A stretch of DNA of 64,000 nucleotides, from assembly GCF_018350175.1 (NCBI RefSeq), contig NC_058375.1, positions 105,648,001 through 105,712,000 on the forward strand, read 5' to 3'. Position 1 is the first letter of the stretch. Each line of letters opens with the position of its first letter. The translations under genes were made by a program, and so were the position numbers. Below the pieces are notes generated by a model. It saw nothing but the letters and a program-made list of their open reading frames with translations, was not told the DNA's origin and did no database searches. Positions 54,801 through 64,000 of this stretch are shown here, piece after piece. The DNA is from Felis catus. Taxonomy: Eukaryota.

Positions 54801-57800
54801 CCCACATTGGGTGTAGAGATTACTTAAAATCTTAAAGAAAATTAAGAGTACATTTAAAAAGTGGGTAAGTGTATCTGGGTCACCTAGGAGGCTCAGTCCA
54901 TTGAGCATCTGACTCTTGCTTTCGGCTCAGGTCATGATCTCATGGTTCATGAGATTGAGCCCCACGTCAGGCTCTGCGCTGACAGTGAGAGCCTGCTTGG
55001 GATTCTCTCCCTATCCCTCTCCCACTCTCTTTCTCAAAATAAATAAATATTTTTTAAATAAAACAATCAATCAGAGCCCAGTCAGGAGACTAAACTACAT
55101 GGCAAGTTGTATAATTTTTTTATAATATATAACACATAATTTGAATATGTTATACCTAAATGTATGTATAATTTATAAAAAATTATTAATAATAGTGGTT
55201 AACTACTAAGATATGAGGAGAACTCTAAAGAATACCAGAATAGCCAATTTAGGGAGCAGACACTCCTTCTGTATGACAAAACGTAGTTTCATGCTAATTG
55301 TCAAGAAATATTGATAAGGGTCCAGCTTAAGTATGACAAGGCAAGGCAAAACAGGGATTTGGAGCTGAGAAGCAATAAATTCACAACTGACACAAAAGTA
55401 TCTTTGAAGTTCTAATGAAAGACATAGTGAAATGCAATTTATTTTATAAAAGTTAGATTTATGCAAAATTGTGAAGTAATACTTTTTTTTTAATGTTTAT
55501 TTTTTAACGTAAACATGAGCCAGGGAGGGGCAGAGAGAGAGAGAATCCCAAGAAGGCCCCGTGCTGTCAGCACAGAGCCCGATGTGTGTCTTGATCATGA
55601 CCTGAGCCACAGTCAAGAGTTGGATGCTCAACAGACTGAGCCACCCAGGCGCCTCAGTAATAGTTTTGGTAAATAAAGTTAGGCATGGCTGTTGCCCGAT
55701 CTAATGCACTTTCGTCCCGGAGCGTAGTTGTAAGAATAGCACACAGAAACAAGGATACAAGGTTATAAACATAGTTGTTTTTTTAAGTGCATCATGAGAT
55801 AAGTAAGTAATTGTTTTTAGCACAAACTGGTCGTACTACTGTTTGACATTCAGTAAGTGAAGTGTCAGGTTTTTAACTGTTCCTGCAGTGGAGGTCAGTG
55901 CTATGCTTTCTCACCTGTCTAGCTGATGGATAGATGCAGTGTGGTTAAGTAAAGCCCAGGCAGAGCCTCTTCCTGCAGCAGCAATAGTTTAGAGTAAGTC
56001 ATACTCTGTGTCCTTACCACCTGCTGCCAAGCAGAGCTCTGTACAGCCAGCCGAGTGAGTGGGCGGCACTCCTGGGCTGCCGGCTACTAATGCTCAGCAC
56101 TGGCAGTGCCAAGAGAATGAGCAAATGTGGGGAATGTAGTGGCCCTATACCAAACATATTACCTTAATCCCCTTTAAAGGAAAAACTTTTCTAAACCTTC
56201 CAAACTGTTAATACCACAATCATTGGTTTATATTAGTTTGTATGGGAGAGCAAAGCTGAGGTTTTGATTTAATAAAAGCCATTTTTTAAAATGTTTATTT
56301 GAGAGAGAGAGAAAGAAAGCAGGAAAGGGACAGAGAGAGGGAGAGAGAGAATCCCAAGCAGGCACCACACTGTCAGCACAGAGCCCAACCCGGGGCTCGA
56401 ACCCACAAACCTTGAGTTTATGACCTGAGCTGAAACCAAGAGTCAGATGCTTAACCAACTGAGCCACCCAGGTACCCCAGATAATAAAAGACATTTTTAG
56501 TTCATCTCCATTTATTTTCTACACCAGACCTCATTTGCCTTTTTTACCAAAATAGGTGACCCCCATGCCTCCTCAGCAGCACACTTGGCAAATTCCACCA
56601 CCTCGGTGCTGGCCACCCTTGCAGCTCTTGCTGAGGCCTCAGCCCCCCTCTCCAACTCCCACAGAGCCACAGGTAGGTAAGGGATATCTGCTGGGCAAAT
56701 CACCATTTCTTCTTTGTTTCTAAATTTATTCACTGATTTTGGGAGAGAGAGGGAGGGGCATCAAGGGAGGGGGAAAGATAATCCCAAGCAAGCCCTATGC
56801 TGTCAGCATAGAGCCTAACAAGAGGCTCGATCTCATGAACTGTGAGATCATGACTTAAGCTGAAACCAAGAATCGGACACTTAACTGACCAAGCCACCCA
56901 GACACCCTGAATCACCATTTCTTCTTTTTGTTTTCACATTTCCAGCAGATTTAATTTGCATGAAGTATAATTAGATAAATCTAGGAAAGAGGCATGTAGA
57001 GTCATTGAGCATCAGAAAGAAAAATGACTAAGCAGTATAATCAGATGGCTGAATAATCTTAGAGAATGTCTAAGTTAATTTCTTTGTATTTTTGCAGTTT
57101 CAAGTTTTTTTGCCCTGACTCCAGTTGCTTCAGATTGAAGTGTTTAGTCTTCTATTAGAAGATTATATGGGAAATACTTTATGTTATGTTTTGACTGATG
57201 CTATCATAGGATGATTCAAAATAGCAGCTTAGATATGTTGTGTTTATAAAAGCGTCAAAATACATAGGACTGCTACCTCTCTCGTCATATCCTGGGTACT
57301 TCAGGGTAGCTTCCTTTTATTTTCACTGGAGATCATATTTTGGCACTTCTTTTTTTTTTAAATTGTTTTTAATGTTTACTTATTTTTGGGAGAGAGAGAG
57401 AGAGAGAGACAGAGCATGAATGGGGAGGGGCAGAGAGAGAGGGAGACACAGAATCTGAAGCTCTGTGTCAGCACAAAGCCCAATGCAGGGCTCGAACTCA
57501 AACTGTGGGATCATGACCTGAGCCGAAGTCATATGCTTAACTGACTGAGCCACCGAGACGCCCCCATATTTTGGCATTTCTAATAGAGTTGGGGCGACAT
57601 ATGCTGTATAGTGCCCTTCTGATATTTAAAATAAAGAGGTTTCAAGTCACTTAGTGGGAGCCAGTAGTCTATGGGGAAAAGGCTTAGAGCTCCATATAGG
57701 TAGGGGCAAATAGTCATAGGTAGGGCTAAATAGTCATGTAGGAATCTTTCTGGAGCCCTCTGGCAGAGTCTGCTCCATTATAAATGAAGGCAGATTGTTC

Positions 57801-60285
57801 TGATTTCTTTCTGCCATTGACATTTGGGTGTGAGAACATTCCTCCAATCCTATTTTTCCGACTGGCAGCAATCATAAAGATCTCCATTCACACATGTATG
57901 AGTGAGTGCCATGGCAAAGGGAAAAACAATATATTTAACTTGTGTTTGTTATTTTTATTTGCTTTTTAAAAAATTTTTTTTGATGTTTATTTATTTTTGA
58001 GAGACAGAGCATGAGCGGGGGGAGGGGCAGAGGGAGAGAGGGAGACACAGAATTGGATGCAGGCTCCAGGCTCTGAGCTGTTGGCACAGAGCCCAACCCA
58101 GGGCTTGAACCCACGAACCATGAGATCATGACCTGAGCCACAGTGGGACACTTAACCAACTGAGCCACCCAGGCGCCCTTGATTTGCTTTTTGACTGAAT
58201 AAATTACTTAACTTCTCCAGGTCTCAGTCTCCTCACCTCTGGCTGAGGTTGGATGGTTGGATCAGATTATCTGTTGAAGTTCTTTCAGCTATAACATTTA
58301 ACTGTGTTTTGTTTTTAAGAGATGTGAATGCTCTATTTCCATTTAACCACCTGAATGTGTTTCGTGTGGATAGTCCATACCCCATTTAGTGCAAAGTTTA
58401 CCTTATACTCTTTAGATAGAGAAATTCCATAGTGGTAAGAACTCTTTTCCCTAATAGTTACTGGGAATATTGACTAACCAAACTGAAAAATTTTTTTTTT
58501 AAGATTTATTTAAGTAATCTCTACACCCAATGTGAGGCTCAAACTCACGACCCCAAAATCAAGAGTCATGCTTTTCTGACTGAGCCAGCCAGGCGCAATG
58601 CACCCCCACCCCCACTTTTTAATTACCAAACTGAATTTTAATTTTGTTTAAGTGTTTATTTATTTATTTTTGAGAGAGAGCACATGGGGCAGAGAGAGAG
58701 GGAGACAGACAATCCAAAGCAGGCTCCAAACCATCAGCATAGAGCCATCAGTACAGACCCACACGGGGCTTGAACTCTTGAACCATGAGATCAGAACCTG
58801 AGCCAAAGTCAGATGTTCAACTGACTGAGCCACCTAGGTGCCCCTAAATTTTACCATCTTAGCCATTTTTTTAAACATTTATTTATTTTGGGGCACCTGG
58901 GTGGCTCAGTTGGTTAAGCAACCAACTTCAGCTTAGGTCATGATATCACAGTTCATGGGTTCAGGCACCACATCGGGCTCTGTACTGATTGCTCAGAGCC
59001 TGGAGCCTGCTTCAGATTCTGTGTCTCCTTCTCTCTCTGTTCTTCCCCCATTCACGCTTTGTCTCTCTCTCTCTCAGAAATAAATACACATTAAAATTTT
59101 TTTAACATTTTTTAATTTTTATTATTATTTTTTTTACATTTATTTACTTTTGAGAGACAGAGTGTGAGCAGGGGAGGGATGGAGAGAAAAGGAGACACAG
59201 AATCTGAAGTAGGCTCCAGGCTCTGAGCAAGCTGTCAGCACAGAGCCCGATGTGGGGCTTGGACCCACAAACTGTGAGATTGTGACCTGAGCCAAAATCT
59301 GACGCTCAACAGACTGAGCCACCCAGGCATCCTTTTGTTTATTTTTAAGAGAGAGCATGTGAGTGTGAGTGGGGGAGTGGTAGAGAGAGGATCCGAAGCA
59401 GGCTCTGCACTGTCTGCACAAAGCCTGATGTGGGGCTTGAACCCACGAACCAAACCGTGGGATCATGACGTGAGCCAAAGTCGGATGCTTAACTGACTGA
59501 GCCACCAAGGTGCCCCATGAATATCTTGATTTAACATAATATATATAAAGCTCTTAGAAAGGTACTTGGGCTATGCTGTAAGTAGTTGGTGTTAGTTGCT
59601 ATTAATATTATTGTTTATCTGTCAGATGGGAGAAGCCACCTACCATTTGTGTCTATCAGACCTCTTCAGTGCTTTGACTACTTATTATTGTTAATTCACT
59701 ATTAAATACCTCCATTTTCTTACAGAAATAGATATACTCTAATTTATAATTATTTTTCTAAGTTCCATAGATTTATTTAGACTTTCAAGATGCTTTCTGA
59801 GAAAAGAATTCCATGATCAGATACGCTGGGGAAACTCAGCATATCTTACCCCTATTGGAGAATCACAGTGCTCATTAGCCTGTTGGGGTTTCTAATACTT
59901 CTTACAAAACAAACAAAAAATTTAAGCATATTTAAACTGGCATTTTGAAAATACATTTCTGCATAGGGCCCATCCTTAGTGAAAGCTATTAACATCTCAA
60001 TGAAGACATTTTAGAAAATACTGTTCTAAAGCATTCACTATTTTCTTTTCTCCTCTGACTTAGCATTGTTCACAAAAGCTTGCTTTAGAAACTGTTGAAT
60101 CTAACTTCTTTCTTTAAGTTTTCCTATCCCTGATATTTATTATCAATTTCAAGGAGGCTGAAATTGTTAAACTCCTGTTTTTTAAAAAGCTGAAATTTCA
60201 AATTCACTTTTGTCATCTCTAGCTAATTCAGAGGAAATCATAGAGGGAGATTCCGTTGACTCATCAATCCAGCAAGTGGTGGGGA
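41772..60285 (+). CDS. GABPB2: GA-binding protein subunit beta-2 (ankyrin repeats), coding exons 2-7; partial (exon 7 runs into an N-gap and later exons are beyond the window)
   Basis: Exons 41772-41879 ([36 protein letters not shown]), 43766-43933 ([14 protein letters not shown]...ELLVR), 44474-44668 ([19 protein letters not shown]...ILQ), 47852-47990 (EAMQNQVN...KTTS), 56556-56672 (GDPHASS...SHRAT) and 60223->60285 ([21 protein letters not shown], then N). Frame is continuous. Confidence 0.96.
41955..50310. mobile_element. About 14 Can-SINEs in GABPB2 introns 2-5
   Basis: Approximate copies: 41955-42170(-), 42176-42283(-), 42810-42917(-), 44808-45040(-), 45048-45282(-), 45338-45540(-), 46054-46177(+), 46500-46610(-), 46650-46832(-), 48506-48715(+), 48722-48935(+), 48964-49160(+), 49304-49540(+), 50110-50310(+). 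Confidence 0.88.
51698..51746. repeat. (TG)n microsatellite
   Basis: Read directly. Confidence 0.93.
51869..53020. mobile_element. Non-autonomous Tc1/mariner (Tigger/pogo-like) DNA transposon with a nested Can-SINE (51969-52190)
   Basis: Degenerate terminal inverted repeats: left TAGTAAAACCTTGGTTTG, right reverse complement CGGTAACACCTAGAATTG (12/18 identical). Both ends abut (TA)n, the Tc1/mariner target. Confidence 0.65.
53049..53275 (+). mobile_element. Young Can-SINE with 17-bp TSD
   Basis: AAAAATTGTTCCTTGTG (53032-53048) vs AAAAATTGTTTCTTGTG (53271-53287); CpG-rich subfamily. Confidence 0.95.
53299..59516. mobile_element. About 17 Can-SINEs in GABPB2 introns 5-6
   Basis: Approximate copies: 53299-53509(-), 53801-53910(+), 53924-54050(+), 54094-54298(-), 54535-54720(+), 54736-54840(+), 54877-55060(+), 55483-55655(-), 56282-56478(-), 56720-56908(-), 57349-57566(-), 57963-58178(-), 58490-58596(-), 58640-58844(-), 58889-59095(+), 59100-59332(-), 59333-59516(-). 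Confidence 0.87.
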
Positions 60286-60425
60286 NNNNNNNNNNNNNNN
60301 NNNNNNNNNNNNNNNNNNNNNNNNNNNNNNNNNNNNNNNNNNNNNNNNNNNNNNNNNNNNNNNNNNNNNNNNNNNNNNNNNNNNNNNNNNNNNNNNNNNN
60401 NNNNNNNNNNNNNNNNNNNNNNNNN
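60286..60425. other. Assembly gap (140 N) hiding the 3' part of GABPB2 exon 7 and its donor
   Basis: Run of N beginning mid-codon in an open GABPB2 frame. Confidence 0.97.
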
Positions 60426-61317
60426 GGCAAATGTGTATTAAAAGATATTTTACACACTCCACATTCTTCTGAAAATGAGGCATTAAAGCAAGTAGTGGGA
60501 CTAGGAGAATGCCAGATGCCAGATGGGGCAAAGATGCTCCAAGATAGAAAAAGAAACAGAAATCAGGCTGGGAAAGCCTGATTTCCCTAATATATATAAA
60601 ACTTGTGAGTAAAAGCCAATAATCTGATAGAAAAGAGGAAATAATATGAACCAATAGTTCATAGAAAATACTAATAGGTCTTAAAATATGGAAATGTGTT
60701 CAACCTATTTCATATATAGCAAGAGAAATGCAATTTAACATTGTACTGAGATACCATTATTATACTGTATTGTCAAAAGTGTGGGGAACTAGGCACTTTT
60801 TAATTTTTTTTTTTTAATGTTTATTTTTCAGAGTGGGGGTGTGAGCAGGGGAGGGGCATAGAGCAAGAGAGACAGAGGATTGAAGTGGGCTCTGCAATGA
60901 CAGCACAGAGCCCAATGTGGGGCTCAAACTCACAAACCGTGAGATCATGACCTGAGCCAAAGTCAAGACGCCTAACCGACTGAGCCACCCAGGCGTCCCA
61001 AAATAGACACTCTTATAAATCACTAGCTGACTCAGTTGGTGGAGCATGGGACTCTTGATCTCGGAGTTGTAACTTTGAGCCCCATGTTGGGTGTAGAGAA
61101 TACTTGATCTTAAAAAAAAAAAAAAAATCACTGGTTAGAGTGTAAATTAATGTATTCTTTAAAGAACAGTTTGCAATATCTGTCAGTACTAGATACACAT
61201 ACCTTTTGGCTAAAAAGTTGTTTTCTAAGAATTTATATTCACACACAGAAGTGAAATATATACTAAGTTATTAATTACAGCATTATTTGTAATCATCAAA
61301 GATTAAAAAGAACCTAA

Positions 61318-61431
61318 TTTGATGGTAGCTATATTTGTGGTGAGCATAACGTAATGCATAGAAAAGTTGAATCACTGTGTTGTACACCTGAAACTGATGT
61401 AACATTATGTGTCAACTATACTCAAATAAAA
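61318..61431 (+). mobile_element. 5'-truncated L1 3'-end fragment (carnivore L1 type)
   Basis: GATGGTAGCTA..TTGTGGTGAGCATA..GTAATG.ATAGA..GTTGAATCACT.TGTTGTACACCTGAAACT.ATGTAACATT.TGTGTCAACTATACTCAAATAAAA is typical of an L1 3' UTR end. Confidence 0.8.
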
Positions 61432-61434
61432 CAT

Positions 61435-61786
61435 TTTTCTTTTTTTTTTTTTCTTTTTAAATTAGGCTTCACACCTAGCACAGAGCCCAACACGGGGCTT
61501 GAGCTCACAATCCTGAGATCAAGACCTGAGCTGAGATCAAGAGTCAGATGCTTGGGGCAAATGGGTAGCTCAGTCACGTCCACTCCTGGTTTCGGCTTGG
61601 GTCATGATCTCACAGTTCATCGGATCGAACCCAAGTCAGGCTCTGCGCACAGTGTGGAGCCTACTTGGGATTCTCTCTCCCCCTCTCTCTGCCCTTCCCC
61701 CATGTGCTCTCTCTCTCAAAATAAATAATTATTTACATAAAAAAAAGAGTTGGATGTTTAACCAACTGACCCACCCAGGTGCCCCT
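61435..61786. mobile_element. Antisense Can-SINE split by a sense Can-SINE (61554-61746)
   Basis: Host sequence is duplicated around the insert: AAGAGTCAGATGCTT (61539-61553) / AAGAGTTGGATGTTT (61745-61759). Confidence 0.85.
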
Positions 61787-62343
61787 AAATAAAAATAAAT
61801 ATATTTATTTATTTGTTTGTTTGTTTGTTTATTTTTAATGTTCATTTATTTATTTTGAGAGAGAGCACAAGTGGGGAAGGGGCAGAGAGAGGGAGAGAGA
61901 GAATCCCAAGCAGGCTCCACTTTGTCAGCACAGAGCCCAACTTGGGGCTTGATCACAACCCACGATATGATGACCTGAGCCAAAATCAAGAGTTGGAGGC
62001 TTAACCAACTGAGCTATCCAGATGCCCCTAAATAAAAAAAAAAATTTAATGAAAATGAAAAATTAAAACAACCTAAGTATACATCAATAGGGAACTGGAT
62101 AAAGAAATTGTTACACCCACACTTTGAAATACTATGCAGCTATTTAAAAACAATGAGGAAATGCCTTATATACTAGCATGATCTTATCTCTAAACTATAT
62201 TGTGAAGTTACAAGAGCAAGATGCAGGACAGTATAGAATATGCTGCATTTGTATTTTTTAAAAAGAGGGAGATATATGTATTTTTGCTAATATATTTGTA
62301 GACTTAGACCATCTCTGGAAGAACATTCAAGAATAACATTGAA

Positions 62344-62598
62344 GGGGCGCCTGGGTGGCACAGTCGGTTAAGCGTCCGACTTCAGCCAGGTCACGATCTC
62401 GCGGTCCGTGAGTTCGAGCCCCGCGTCAGGCTCTGGGCTGATGGCTCAGAGCCTGGAGCCTGTTTCCGATTCTGTGTCTCCCTCTCTCTCTGCCCCTTCC
62501 CCGTTCATGCTCTGTCTCTCTCTGTCCCAAAAATAAATAAACGTTGAAAAATAAATAAATAAAGTCCTGCTGAAACTCATCAAAAAAAAAAAAAAAAA
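62344..62598 (+). mobile_element. Young Can-SINE with an extra 18-nt 3' segment and second poly(A); perfect 15-bp TSD
   Basis: TSD AAGAATAACATTGAA at 62329-62343 and 62597-62611; extra segment GTCCTGCTGAAACTCATC at 62564-62581. Confidence 0.95.
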
Positions 62599-62797
62599 GA
62601 ATAACATTGAAAACGTTGGTTGCCTGCTGAGACAGTACGTGGGGATGGATGGGAGGCTTTTCACTATATATACTCTTATAGTTTTAGTTTTTGAACCATG
62701 TGAATGTATTACTTATTCAAGAAATACATCTGTAAATTATTTTTTGAAAAGAAAGAAACTAATCGCACAACTTCATTCTTTAAAAATATTGGAGTTC

Positions 62798-63764
62798 AGG
62801 GGCTCAGTCAGTTGAGCGTCAGACTCTTGATCGCAGGGTCGTGAGTTCAAGCCCCACAGTGGGCTCTGTGCTGGGAGTGAAGCCTACTTTAAAAAAAAGA
62901 AAAATGGGGGTTCCTGGGTGGCTCAGTTGCTTAAGCATCCTACTTCAGCTCAGGTCATGATTTCACGGTTTGTGAGTTCGAGCCCCATATCAGGCTCTGT
63001 GCTAATAGCTCAGAGCCTGGAGCTGGCTTCAGATTCTATGTCTCCCTCTCTCTCTGCCCTTCCCCCGCTCACACTCTATCTCTCTCTCAAAAATAAATAA
63101 ACATTTAAAAAAAAATTTTTTTTTAATTGGAGTTTGAAAAGAGGAGGGTTGGTTTATTGAATCTGAGTCACCAAAATTTTCACTTGGCCTAATAGTGATA
63201 GGGATTTTATAATTTTCAAACTTTAAATTGGTGGATCTTTGCAGTATAGGAAGAAAGAGTAGGAATTAAACCTTTATAATCCAAGTTTTGGTATCATAAA
63301 TTCTTAATGGTTTTATTTGGAAATATATTATTGATGTTTTTGTGAACATAATTATCACTTAATGCTTTGGGGGCTTCATTGGGTAGGTGAGAGACTCTGC
63401 TTATAATGGAGTTAAATAAATGAGAATGGAGTTGTTTCAAAGAGAAAAAAATTGAGGTTTTGCCTGGATGAACTATACTGCTTTTTACAAATGTATTAAC
63501 CAGGCACACAGAAGGACAGAAGGACAGCTGAGATTTTGTGAATTATCTGCAGAAAGTTTTAAAACCCAGACTAAAGTTCCTTTTCCACTTAGCTGATATC
63601 TAAGCTGTTTTCTATTGCCATCAATTGATGAGTACCCACAGAATACAAGCTAATTTTTATTTTATTTTATTTTACTTCTTTGAGAGAGATGGGGGAGCAC
63701 AAGTGAGAGAGTGCGGGCAGAGAGAGAGAGAGAATCTCATGAGAGGCAGAGAGGGAGAGAGGAT

Positions 63765-63795
<31 letters not shown>

Positions 63796-63935
63796 GCAGG
63801 GCTCACCCAAAACAGGGCTCACGTTTTACCCGAAGTGTGGCTCGAGCTCACCCAGTGTGGGACTTGAACTCCTAAACTGTGAAATCATAAGCTGAGCTGA
63901 AGTCAGATGCTTCACAACTGAGCCATGCAAGCACC
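62798..63935. mobile_element. Three further Can-SINEs in GABPB2 intron 7
   Basis: Approximate copies: 62798-62900(+, short), 62906-63115(+), 63655-63935(-, extended AG tract). Confidence 0.85.
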
Positions 63936-64000
63936 TCACAAGCTAATTTTTAAATCAACCAAACCAAATAACTAGATAAATCTTCTGTTTTAAACAAAAA

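Noticed and set aside
55690-56120. Slightly CpG-rich unique stretch in GABPB2 intron 5
   Set aside because: Could be an enhancer or an old LTR piece, but I found no ORF, RNA motif or repeat hallmark I can defend.
36691-63935. Recurrent small ORFs (MAQSV...AQVMIS...[20 protein letters not shown]) resembling a gene family or a spaced repeat array
   Set aside because: Translations of dispersed Can-SINE copies. Irregular spacing, mixed orientation, A-tails and TSDs show retroposons, not genes or a CRISPR-like array.

Overview
Mammalian genomic DNA from a felid (cat family), judged by the abundant feliform-type tRNA-derived Can-SINEs. The gene order matches the conserved block on human 1q21.3. 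From left to right: the last five exons of PRUNE1 (+), complete BNIPL (+, 10 coding exons, 355 aa), C1orf56/MENT (+, 355 aa), CDC42SE1/SPEC1 (-, 79 aa), MLLT11/AF1q (+, 90 aa) and the 5' part of GABPB2 (+, exons 1-7; exon 7 is cut by an assembly gap). All exons were placed by hand from GT-AG boundaries and reading-frame continuity. Gene identities come from my recall of the mammalian protein sequences, not from a database search. No gene shows a frameshift or premature stop. There are two N-gaps (10339-10601, 60286-60425). About 50 Can-SINEs crowd the GABPB2 introns, while the ~14.6 kb around C1orf56/CDC42SE1 has none. I found no evidence of a wholly new gene system. The most unusual items are small-scale: (1) a young SINE carrying an 18-nt foreign 3' tag plus a second poly(A) inside its target-site duplication; (2) a young antisense SINE next to the weak AAG acceptor of the GABPB2 start-codon exon; (3) coding microsatellites in C1orf56; (4) an internal repeat in MLLT11; (5) overlapping 3' ends and a candidate antisense promoter inside CDC42SE1.
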